Below, piece by piece: positions 1-8,499 of a stretch of 49,975 bases of DNA; the first letter of the stretch is position 1, and every line of letters begins with the position of its first letter. The DNA is taken from IMG/VR virus record IMGVR_UViG_3300020161_001351, positions 1-49,975 of that record; one strand, given 5' to 3'. The notes beneath the pieces were generated by a model. That model was not told the DNA's origin. It did no database searches and saw only the letters and a program-made list of their open reading frames with translations. The stretch is from a virus. Taxonomy: Duplodnaviria; Caudoviricetes. A program made the position numbers and the translations under genes.

Positions 1-232
1 CCATAGGTAAATCTGCTGGATTCATAGATAACTGAGCAATCTTTTGCTCACGGTCACTTGGATCAAGGTGACCTCTCTCAATTAAGCTATCCACAATAGA
101 AGATACTTTCACGTTAGTTTCGTAAGCAGCAAGCTTAGTCTCCAGCTCTACAATCCGTGCTTCCTGATTACGCAATGCAACCGAAGCCGTTTTTAGGATG
201 TTGGAGACTGCCTCGGGATTCAGTGTGCTCAT
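1..232 (-). CDS. Partial (runs off the left edge) head/scaffold-associated coiled-coil protein
   Basis: Not in the ORF track. Manual translation from ATG at 232: MSTLNPEAVSNILKTASVALRNQEARIVELETKLAAYETNVKVSSIVDSLIERGHLDPSDREQKIAQLSMNPADLPM..., open to the edge. Starts 1 nt after the stop of 234..1208 and carries KTAS/KLAA/KIAQ motifs. Confidence 0.75.
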   Translation of the reverse strand, partial: MSTLNPEAVSNILKTASVALRNQEARIVELETKLAAYETNVKVSSIVDSLIERGHLDPSDREQKIAQLSMNPADLPM

Positions 233-233
233 A

Positions 234-1208
234 TTATCTTACCACCTGAAAAATTCGGAATAGGGCTGCTGCCTTTTCCTCTTCCTTTTCCTCTTCTTCC
301 TTCTCTTCGTCTTTCTTCATCCAAGGAGGAAGTTTCTTTTCTTTTCCTTCCTCTTCTTCTTCCGAAGCTGCCTCTTCGGCAAACTTTAGAAGACCAAAGA
401 TTCTATTGAAGGAGGCTTCCTTAGCGTGCTCTAGCATGGCATCCATCGTAGGATCCTGCCCGCTCTCACTAATAAACTGTAGCATCTGTGCCTTATTGGC
501 ATCAGCTATGGCTCTGGGAGATGCGGCAATTGCTGCATCGTTAGAAGCCCATTCTGGCGGAGGAGTCCAACCGCCAACTGGCTGACCTAGACCGTCTGGG
601 CTAGATGGGAGTATTGAAGATCCTGGAGCAGTAGCAACACTGGATGGATTGTCTACATCAGAAGCTATCTTAAGCAAAGAGTACACTCTTGCAATAGAAG
701 CTATCTTGCCCTCATCTAGAGGAGCCTGTGCTCCGCCCTGGAACTGGAGTAATCCAGTATCATCAGTAGGCATCGCCGTAGGAGAAGAAGTGCCAGGAAC
801 AGCTACCGGGAGAGTAACCTTAGGTAAGACTGTATTTGACATAGCTATAGGATAAGCCTGTTCCTGGCCAAGAGTAGTATCCTTACCCATATCATTTGGA
901 ATAGTACTTCCACCACTTAATCCATTAGCAGATACATCTTCTGATGGAGCGCCAATTAGCCCATCTTCTGCCATCTTCTGTAAGAAATACTGGAACTCAG
1001 CCAACTTTACTTCTGGAGGAGTTTCAATGGCATTCAAATTTAAGGCAATGAAATCTAAAGAAGAGGCCAATTTTTCTACTTCACCAACACTAGAATTAAT
1101 TGGGGTACGGACCTCTATTGTATTGCTTCTACTAGCCGAAGCTACCTTAGTATTCAAGGTATCGTCCGCACCTTCCAGTGCTCGGGCTACTAAATCTTTT
1201 AACGTCAT
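234..1208 (-). CDS. Putative capsid scaffold/internal head protein (324 aa)
   Basis: Low-complexity P/S/G/A middle, acidic C-terminal tract (EEEEEGKEKKLPPWMKKDEEKEEEE), many K-x-A motifs, downstream of the prohead protease. Function is inferred from context. Confidence 0.55.
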   Translation of the reverse strand: MTLKDLVARALEGADDTLNTKVASASRSNTIEVRTPINSSVGEVEKLASSLDFIALNLNAIETPPEVKLAEFQYFLQKMAEDGLIGAPSEDVSANGLSGGSTIPNDMGKDTTLGQEQAYPIAMSNTVLPKVTLPVAVPGTSSPTAMPTDDTGLLQFQGGAQAPLDEGKIASIARVYSLLKIASDVDNPSSVATAPGSSILPSSPDGLGQPVGGWTPPPEWASNDAAIAASPRAIADANKAQMLQFISESGQDPTMDAMLEHAKEASFNRIFGLLKFAEEAASEEEEEGKEKKLPPWMKKDEEKEEEEKEEEKAAALFRIFQVVR

Positions 1209-1218
1209 ATCTGGATCC

Positions 1219-1443
1219 TTAAGAGACTGGAGGAGGAGCTATATTAGCTCCTACGGCAAACTCTGGTTTCTTTGTTATCGAATCACTCACTTTGTTGGTA
1301 CCTGGGCTCGTATCCAAAATTTTAGAAGGACTCAACTGCTGACCAGGAACAGAACTCATTTTCATGGGTTTCGGTATCACTGGTTTTAAGCTCATTGAGA
1401 TCTTCATCATTTCGTCAAAAAATCCTGTCCAAAAATTATCCAT
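1219..1443 (-). CDS. Small virion-module protein with GFFDEMMKIS leader (74 aa)
   Basis: Overlaps the stop of the upstream gene. N-terminus resembles the AFYDELEKIA leader of 11005..11700. Confidence 0.65.
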   Translation of the reverse strand: MDNFWTGFFDEMMKISMSLKPVIPKPMKMSSVPGQQLSPSKILDTSPGTNKVSDSITKKPEFAVGANIAPPPVS

Positions 1444-2812
1444 TCACCAGACCGAGATTGGAAAGAATGTGCAGAGCAGCAGCATTCAGTTCCTCATTAA
1501 AAGCGTTAGCAGCAACTTTCTCATCCCAATCACCAACCTCATCAGCCATAGGAACTCCAGCAAGCTTAATTGCCGTAGGCTCACAGGCTTCTAGAGTCTC
1601 TGGATTGATACCGTTGTATGCCATGATTTCTGCAGCGCGAGCTTCAGCTAACTTAGCAAAGTCAGTTGGGGTGATTGAATCGAGGAAAGCAATTGAGGCT
1701 TTCTTCTCGCCACCACCGGCTAGACGATATGCGCCGTAACCTGCTGCGCCGAGAGCGGCAGCAGTCAAACCAGCCTTACCAACTCCCTTTAGCAAACTGC
1801 GGTTTGATAAGCTTTTGAGTTGCTCTACCTCATTAGATAGCCCGGTAAATCTTGCGATGTCGGGTTTCATTGGAGTATTGATACCTGCGGCAGCGTAATC
1901 GGCCATAGCGTTTTCAGCTGCGCCGTGCATCAGTATTCTACTGGCATCTGCGCCTCTACGGCCTGCTAGTCCTTCACGTATGTCACTATAGCCAGAATAG
2001 TTCTTTGCCTTATCAGCAACCCAACTGCCAGCAGCCTTTAGTTTAGCGCCCGCCTGCTGCATTCTGGTTGGATCTCCACTCTTTAGATCTTCAGCGGCTT
2101 CCTTTACGAGATCATAAGCAGCCTGCTTTTCACCACCACCAGCTAAGCGGTATGCACCATAGCCCAGACCGCCAACTGCAGCAGCAGTAAGACCGGCTTT
2201 GCCCAAGCCCTTAGCCAGCTCCATGCTTCTCATGCCCTTTAGCTTTTCAACATGCTTGGCTAGGGCTGCCGCCTCGGTGGCGTCTGTGGGGACATGTGCT
2301 GCGTGACCTTCTATGATCTTGCCCAAAGCCGCTCTGGATTTGAAGTTCGTATAGCCGGAAACATCCTTAACTAGATTACCGGCTCTAGACCCAAAGGTTC
2401 TGGCCGCGCCACCAGTGGCCTTAGTCTCGCCACCGCCTAGAGCTGGACCATTTTTCCCCCGGCTAGATGGAGGCATAGCGCCCTCCATCTCATCAGCTAG
2501 TTTAATTTCCCAATACTGAGCAGCATCATTCATTGCCTCGGCAACCTTCTCCTGAACAGTGTAGGCTTCCTGAACCTGAGCAATCTTCATCTGCTCATCG
2601 ACATAGGCCCGAGCCATGTGTCTGCCCATGGCCTCTGCCTCTGCTAGCTTCTCATTCTCAACAGGCTCTTCCATCTGTGAGAGAACGTATCCAGCGAATT
2701 TTGCTAACTCATGGTCTGACATAGTGGATACGTCAATTCCATTCTGTTCAGCAACTTGCTGAATGAGTTCGGCTTGGGCTAACTTGATCTGATCATTACT
2801 CATGGGAAACAA
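1436..2812 (-). CDS. Putative internal head protein with duplicated Gly/Ala hydrophobic module (458 aa)
   Basis: AAGGAG RBS upstream, about 12 K-x-A motifs, two copies of KG(L/V)GKAGLTAAAxGxxGYGAYRLAGGGEK. Confidence 0.6.
   Translation of the reverse strand: MFPMSNDQIKLAQAELIQQVAEQNGIDVSTMSDHELAKFAGYVLSQMEEPVENEKLAEAEAMGRHMARAYVDEQMKIAQVQEAYTVQEKVAEAMNDAAQYWEIKLADEMEGAMPPSSRGKNGPALGGGETKATGGAARTFGSRAGNLVKDVSGYTNFKSRAALGKIIEGHAAHVPTDATEAAALAKHVEKLKGMRSMELAKGLGKAGLTAAAVGGLGYGAYRLAGGGEKQAAYDLVKEAAEDLKSGDPTRMQQAGAKLKAAGSWVADKAKNYSGYSDIREGLAGRRGADASRILMHGAAENAMADYAAAGINTPMKPDIARFTGLSNEVEQLKSLSNRSLLKGVGKAGLTAAALGAAGYGAYRLAGGGEKKASIAFLDSITPTDFAKLAEARAAEIMAYNGINPETLEACEPTAIKLAGVPMADEVGDWDEKVAANAFNEELNAAALHILSNLGLVNG
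1696..2213 (-). repeat. Intragenic direct repeat (two copies of about 32 codons, at about 2118-2213 and 1696-1791)
   Basis: KGLGKAGLTAAAVGGLGYGAYRLAGGGEKQAA versus KGVGKAGLTAAALGAAGYGAYRLAGGGEKKAS. The nucleotide sequence has diverged at synonymous sites. Confidence 0.85.
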
Positions 2813-2885
2813 CTCCTTAGGGGGATCTTTTTCTTTTTCAAAAACTCAACTAATTATTACTCTAGATGGTATGCTTAGTAAATAC

Positions 2886-5300
2886 CTATTTTGCCCAAGC
2901 TACCATTTTTTCCACGGGATACTTCTCAAAAAGCTTGTGCAACGCTAATCCCGTACCAGAAGAAGCTAATGCTGCGGAGACATTTGGATTCTTTGCAACA
3001 AAGTTTTCTATGAATCCTCTATCCTGCTCTGGCTTCTTTTCCCACTTAGATCTTAACAGATAGATAAGAGGGATGACTGAAAGTGCTCCTAATACTGAGG
3101 CACTCTCTTGGTTTATTGGAATGTTCAAAGACGCTAGTTTTATACCCGAGTCCAGATATCTTTCAGTATTTAATAATAGCCCATATCTATAGGCATTGTA
3201 CATACTCGCAATCTTATTCATTTCTACTTTTACAGATGCTTCTTTAACCATTGGACTGGAAGTCATCATTCTTCTCAATGCAATTGGTGTAATTGATGAT
3301 CTGCCACCCAGTAACATTGACAGACTTCTAGGCAGTTCTGGGATTCCAGAATATAGCATATGTGATAAGAAATCATCATCCACATCATCTACATGCATTG
3401 GGCAGATATGAGAGATCTCTCTTCTATCGATATGCGGCCTTTGCCGAATAATTATAATTCTGGTGAACTCATTGGGAGATAGAGCTACGCCTTCTCTTCC
3501 TAATGAATTCAGTATTTCTGGCAAGTGCTTACTATTTGCGATTTCTTCTATGGAGGAATCTGGTAATGGATGATCTCTATCATCTAGCAGCTTCACTGCC
3601 TTACCTAGAGGATGTCCATCAACCTCTTTAAAGATCTCACTGATTTTTTCTTCTGTTGCGATCTTTAACTCAGCCTTCTTATGAAGACCGTGATTATACG
3701 AAGAGACGGCACCTACACCAGAGACAATACCAGAGATACCAAAACCAACTCTGGCTTTAAAGGTTTCTCTGTCCATGGTTTCTTTTATATCGCTGGCCAT
3801 AGATCTTAACTTCTCTGGAGGCAGTACATTTATTAAGTCATTTGGGGTTAGTTCACCCTTCTCAACCTTGCTCAATATACCTTGCACTCTTGGGGATGCT
3901 TTTGTTCGCGCGAAATCTACTGGACCTTTACCAGCTATACTGGTAATAGGGTTATCAACTTCTATGGTTTCTTTCAGGAGTTGATCTGGAAAGAATTTAT
4001 GTACTACTGACATCAGTCTATCAGGAACTTTTTCTACATATGGGTGCAACGGATTCTTTGTAGTAAACGATGCTGGTATCTTTGGATTATTAAAGTCTAC
4101 CATCGCACCACGTAGCTGCTCTTGCGCGACACCGGTCATTGCAGTTAGCTGATGCTTAGTTATTGACTCTGCAGCAGCAAGTTCCTCCGCATTCATATCG
4201 GAGACACCACTTGTATTTATGCGCTTAAGAGCAGAGTCAAAGAGTCTGGTGTTCTTTATTTGTAACCACGGAGCCTTAGCTCCGCGAACAAATCCAGTTC
4301 CAAAAGATTTGATTCTGTTGCCTGGAGAGAGAAGCGAGCTAGCAATGCCTTCCTGGATACCGGCCATTACCGTTGGGATGGCAGCGGCACCCATTGCGGC
4401 TCCTCCAGTAAAGATCAGTGTCTTGTTGATATTGTGCTCTAGCTTTGACTCTCTTTTTGCCTTAGCTGCGACCTCTTGAGCCATTCCACCTGAAGGATCT
4501 AAACCAGCAGCAATGCTGCCTATCGCTGATCCAACTGAGGCTTCCTTTGCAAAATAATGATCCAGCTCTTCTTCTGTTCTGTTGTATCTGCCCATATCAA
4601 AATATGCGATCTTCTCTAATACATAAGATGTTCTATCTGCGCCAATATACACAAAGCTGATATCAAAGAATCTAGGAAATGGATTATCTACACATACTTT
4701 TCTGCCATCCGGAAATAACTTTCCTGGCATCTCCTTCATACACTTACAATAGTTTTCTCTCTTAGGCGCCTTATTTCCGCAAATCATGCACACGTCATAT
4801 GGAATTCTAGTTCCCATTGAGGTGGCAATATCTTTACCGTCTAATAACCGCTCTAAGATTAATCCACCGCCATGCTCTTTAGTACGAGCATGATCTACTA
4901 CAGCTACTAATTCAACTCTCCTCATTCTGTCATTTAATACAGATAAGAGAACATCACCATAGGCTTTTGTGGGATCTTGATTTTTGTGGTGGCCAAACAC
5001 ATGCGCATTTAAAAATGTCTTGTACCCGTGAACATACTGATGAGGCATTTTAGTATGATCATTACTCAAGCCGGCCCAGCTAAAGTAATCATTATTTAAA
5101 TTCGCACCATAATACTCTCCAGCACCTAGAGCAATAATGTGAACATACGTCTTCCCATTTTCAGGAGTTATGTTCTGCTTAAATGCTTGGATCTCTGGAT
5201 GCACACCAGCAGTCTTAATAAAATCATTACCGGGAGTAATGATCTGTATTAAGGATTCACCAGTAGGACTGGTTCCCGCAAATGTGGAGTACTTGATCAT
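2886..5300 (-). CDS. Prohead (capsid maturation) serine protease with Zn ribbon and long C-terminal extension (804 aa)
   Basis: N-terminal ~235 aa contain NxNxDxF, HHKN (His), TSMG (Ser), CxxC...CxC and FFDISFV..GAD, the pattern of HK97/assemblin-fold prohead proteases. Located in the head module. Confidence 0.75.
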   Translation of the reverse strand: MIKYSTFAGTSPTGESLIQIITPGNDFIKTAGVHPEIQAFKQNITPENGKTYVHIIALGAGEYYGANLNNDYFSWAGLSNDHTKMPHQYVHGYKTFLNAHVFGHHKNQDPTKAYGDVLLSVLNDRMRRVELVAVVDHARTKEHGGGLILERLLDGKDIATSMGTRIPYDVCMICGNKAPKRENYCKCMKEMPGKLFPDGRKVCVDNPFPRFFDISFVYIGADRTSYVLEKIAYFDMGRYNRTEEELDHYFAKEASVGSAIGSIAAGLDPSGGMAQEVAAKAKRESKLEHNINKTLIFTGGAAMGAAAIPTVMAGIQEGIASSLLSPGNRIKSFGTGFVRGAKAPWLQIKNTRLFDSALKRINTSGVSDMNAEELAAAESITKHQLTAMTGVAQEQLRGAMVDFNNPKIPASFTTKNPLHPYVEKVPDRLMSVVHKFFPDQLLKETIEVDNPITSIAGKGPVDFARTKASPRVQGILSKVEKGELTPNDLINVLPPEKLRSMASDIKETMDRETFKARVGFGISGIVSGVGAVSSYNHGLHKKAELKIATEEKISEIFKEVDGHPLGKAVKLLDDRDHPLPDSSIEEIANSKHLPEILNSLGREGVALSPNEFTRIIIIRQRPHIDRREISHICPMHVDDVDDDFLSHMLYSGIPELPRSLSMLLGGRSSITPIALRRMMTSSPMVKEASVKVEMNKIASMYNAYRYGLLLNTERYLDSGIKLASLNIPINQESASVLGALSVIPLIYLLRSKWEKKPEQDRGFIENFVAKNPNVSAALASSGTGLALHKLFEKYPVEKMVAWAK

Positions 5301-6181
5301 TACTTACCTTTTCTTGCTCTGTACCCAACATCAAAATCTAGCTCATTTGGGGTTTTGACTCTTCGATTAACGCCATCATTATCGTTAGGTACAGTAGCAT
5401 CGTGTAGAGCTTCTCTACTCTTTAAAACTGCCATCAGCCGTTCCGCCGATGCGGGGGTCAATGTAGATGTATCTATATTATCAAATTTCTGGGAGTGCAA
5501 GTCAGTGCCTCTAAGTTCATGAAGTTCTTGTTTATCATGCAGCTCACTCTTCTCTATAGATGCTCTGGTATCAAACAAACCCAACTCGTGCTGAGCTTTT
5601 TGCATCTCAAGTTGGTGCTTGTGGGGCAGCAAGGCCATTTCAGCTTGGTTTTTAGCCTGCACCATTTGCGCGTTTCTAGCGGCATCCAGAGCAGTAGGAG
5701 CAGCCATAATGGCAGATCCCACATTGTTCATTAGCTGTTTAGCCATTGTGGAATCTCCCTTGTGCATGTCGTGTAGAGTCTTCATGCCCGAAAGATCCAC
5801 AGTTCGTCTTAGCGCGATATCTTTGATGAACTGCCCACCCATTAATGGATCTGAGACAACATCAGGAGCCATTCTAGAGACAGAATCATAAGCCAAAGAC
5901 ACCATCTGCTTATCGTGGTCTCTGAGATCAGGATGAACAGCCATCATCTTAGCTATGTTACGATCCTTCATTACAGAGTTCCTGACACCAGGATACCCGC
6001 TGATAGCGGCATATGTTAGTGCGCCACCTGCGGTAGCCGCCGCCGCCAACCCAAAATGCTTGCCTAGAGTGGATGTTTCTGCAGGAGAAAGATTGAGGAA
6101 AGCAACCTTCTCTTGTAACTCTGGAGATCTCTTGATTTGGTCTACCAGTGAGGCAATCTTAGCTTTATTTATTTGTGGCAT
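5300..6181 (-). CDS. Hypothetical virion protein with Gly/Ala hydrophobic segment
   Basis: Start reassigned to ATG 6181 (MPQINK) behind GGAG. TAATG coupling to the protease gene. KIAS/KVAF motifs near the N-terminus. Confidence 0.65.
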   Translation of the reverse strand: MPQINKAKIASLVDQIKRSPELQEKVAFLNLSPAETSTLGKHFGLAAAATAGGALTYAAISGYPGVRNSVMKDRNIAKMMAVHPDLRDHDKQMVSLAYDSVSRMAPDVVSDPLMGGQFIKDIALRRTVDLSGMKTLHDMHKGDSTMAKQLMNNVGSAIMAAPTALDAARNAQMVQAKNQAEMALLPHKHQLEMQKAQHELGLFDTRASIEKSELHDKQELHELRGTDLHSQKFDNIDTSTLTPASAERLMAVLKSREALHDATVPNDNDGVNRRVKTPNELDFDVGYRARKGK

Positions 6182-7007
6182 GTGCGGTTCTCCCGGAAAT
6201 GATCTTTTTAACATTGTCTCGCTCAGTCTTTAACTGAGCCGCAGCCACCTTTAGTCGGTCAGCTTGGTAACAAGTCTCTTCTGTAATTTGATACTGTCGA
6301 TATATAGGATGATCCGTGTTTGGAACTTCTCTACTATTATCCGGTACATACTCAGCATACTTTATTGCGCCAAAATCAGATACATCAGACAGGACTCTAT
6401 TCTGTGTATTATTTCTGGAGGAGGCTACCTTAATCAACTTATGGATCACTCCTATAGGAGTTCCCTCTCTGATCTCCCTATCCATAAGAGAAGCAAGTTT
6501 TACTACCTCTCTGGTGTATAGGTTGTGCGCAGATTCCGCCTCTCTTTCTATGTATGCGTGCCCGGAAGCCAGCTTTGCATGCGTCTTCCACAGTATATGA
6601 TCTGAATTCTCAGAGTGTTCCGCGAGTTTAGTATTGAACAACCCTAAGTCATACGAAGGAGGATCAATGCATCCTATGAAGACGTCTTCTTCTGCGGAAG
6701 CGACCTTAGCTGTTTGCAGAAGAATTACATCAGGATCGGCCACATCAAACTCCGCCTTCTTATTTCCCTCCTTAAAGAAGGTCTCAAAGGTTGAGATGTT
6801 CGCTTGCTCTATTAGTCTGCGAACATGATCTGCGGTCATCCCACTGTTCTCTGAGGCAATTTTAGTAACTGCATCATTTAGGGGAATCCCTTTCTCAATG
6901 TATAGTCTGCTGGCCCTCTTACCAAGTAAGGAGAAATCCTCTTTGGTGTACCCACCAGGAGAGGCTTTCTTTAGAAAGGCGTGAAATTCTTCTTTTGTAT
7001 TGCTCAT
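6165..7007 (-). CDS. Hypothetical head protein, extremely K-x-A rich (280 aa)
   Basis: GGAG RBS, first gene of a minus-strand unit, 11 K-x-A motifs counted. Confidence 0.7.
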   Translation of the reverse strand: MSNTKEEFHAFLKKASPGGYTKEDFSLLGKRASRLYIEKGIPLNDAVTKIASENSGMTADHVRRLIEQANISTFETFFKEGNKKAEFDVADPDVILLQTAKVASAEEDVFIGCIDPPSYDLGLFNTKLAEHSENSDHILWKTHAKLASGHAYIEREAESAHNLYTREVVKLASLMDREIREGTPIGVIHKLIKVASSRNNTQNRVLSDVSDFGAIKYAEYVPDNSREVPNTDHPIYRQYQITEETCYQADRLKVAAAQLKTERDNVKKIISGRTAHATNK

Positions 7008-7048
7008 GGATACTCCGTATGTCTATTATTATATAGGAGAATGTACTT

Positions 7049-7678
7049 ATGAAAAGAGAACAATTACTTAAAGTGGTAGAAGCTGCCGATTTATTGGGAG
7101 TTACCACCCAGACAATTCGCAATATGTTAAAAGATGGCAGATTGCATACTACAACAAGTGCCTCGGGGGAAGACCTAATTCCAAGAGATGCGGTACTCAC
7201 TGCATTTAAGGTAATGGGTCGACACAAAATGTCTGACACACTAGCTAGGTTGACCGAGTATGTCACCTCACTGGAAGCTAGAATAGCACTCTTAGAGGAC
7301 ATATTGTCATCCAGAGAGACAGAGGATGATCACTCAGACGAAGAGCTGCTAGAGCTGCAGAAGATCGCTAAGAATGAATTGCAAAATACCTTCATCTCAT
7401 ACGAAGAGCTGGAAGCATGGGCTTCAGATCTAAATAAACTCGGATTTGAAGAAGCCAATACAGTAGGCATCAAGCTCCTCTACTTATTGATTGAGCATCT
7501 GATTACCTTGTTTGATATTGCTATGTATCAGGCATATGACATTTCCAAATTTCGCACAAGAGATCTGTTAATCATTGCCAAACATAAAATGATCGGTTTC
7601 TCTGTAGTTGGTAATGTACAACTAAGCGGACCTGACTTAACATCTCTTATACTAACTAGGCTATCTGGGAGTAACTGA
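7049..7678 (+). CDS. Excisionase/MerR-like HTH DNA-binding protein with coiled coil (209 aa)
   Basis: LLKVVEAADLLGVTTQTIRNMLKDGRL is a typical HTH_17 pattern. AGGAG RBS. Confidence 0.8.
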   Translation: MKREQLLKVVEAADLLGVTTQTIRNMLKDGRLHTTTSASGEDLIPRDAVLTAFKVMGRHKMSDTLARLTEYVTSLEARIALLEDILSSRETEDDHSDEELLELQKIAKNELQNTFISYEELEAWASDLNKLGFEEANTVGIKLLYLLIEHLITLFDIAMYQAYDISKFRTRDLLIIAKHKMIGFSVVGNVQLSGPDLTSLILTRLSGSN

Positions 7679-8499
7679 TGAATACCTTTGCTTTTGAATA
7701 CATGCAAAAATTGGCCGCGAATCGTATGACCAAAGAACTTATAAAAGGCAATGTTAGCCGGGATTCTCTCGACCCATTTTTACGATCAGAATCTACTATG
7801 GTAGACGGACTAAACGTGGGGTCACATAATATTGCGAATAAATATAAGGTGCCTATCCACGAAATGCAACCGGGGCAGTTGGCTGCCTATGGAGGAGGAC
7901 TGACTTTTCCGACTCCCATAGTTGGAGGCGCCCGCGTGATGGTAGAGAAAGGAGGTGACCCCGTTAGGAGAGCTGTCGTCCTACGGCACGAGGTCGATGA
8001 GGCTCGTGCTATGGCGGATCCGCGCAGTTTTTCAAGTAAACACCAGGGCTCCATGTATTCTACACACTATGGGTCTGTTCCCCGTGAGGGCCTGTCAGGA
8101 AAAATTCAGAGTGCCATACTAGGAGATGTGCATGTACCCCAGGGAGGAGCACACGCAGATCCTCGTGTGCTCGTAAGGGAACACAAAAATGTAATGCCCC
8201 TATCAAAAAATTTCGCGGAGAAATGGAAAGGAGTGAGGGACTCTACGGGAGAAAATGGTTTTATGTCAAACCACACGGGAGGCGCTTTTAGTGTGGGTGA
8301 AAAAATGACAGCCCCGGAGTCTAAGATCGTAAAAACACTCAGGAGTGCGGGAGCGGAACAAATAAAAGACACTGAGCACGTATATGGCACACTTCGAAGA
8401 ACACCAGGAACGGGCCTTCGCAGTCAATTGGCGAAGGCCCCCGAATATATTGGGACTAAGCTAAAGCAACTCTTACCCAAGCTTCAGTTTATCCATTAG
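7678..8499 (+). CDS. Hypothetical protein with AFEYMQKLAA leader and HExxE motif (273 aa)
   Basis: TGATG coupling to the HTH gene. VVLRHEVDE followed later by GAHADP suggests a degenerate zincin-like metal site. Confidence 0.6.
   Translation: MNTFAFEYMQKLAANRMTKELIKGNVSRDSLDPFLRSESTMVDGLNVGSHNIANKYKVPIHEMQPGQLAAYGGGLTFPTPIVGGARVMVEKGGDPVRRAVVLRHEVDEARAMADPRSFSSKHQGSMYSTHYGSVPREGLSGKIQSAILGDVHVPQGGAHADPRVLVREHKNVMPLSKNFAEKWKGVRDSTGENGFMSNHTGGAFSVGEKMTAPESKIVKTLRSAGAEQIKDTEHVYGTLRRTPGTGLRSQLAKAPEYIGTKLKQLLPKLQFIH

Noticed and set aside
7049-7678. Excisionase implying a temperate phage or prophage
   Set aside because: No integrase, repressor or att site is in the window; the HTH family is not specific to excision.
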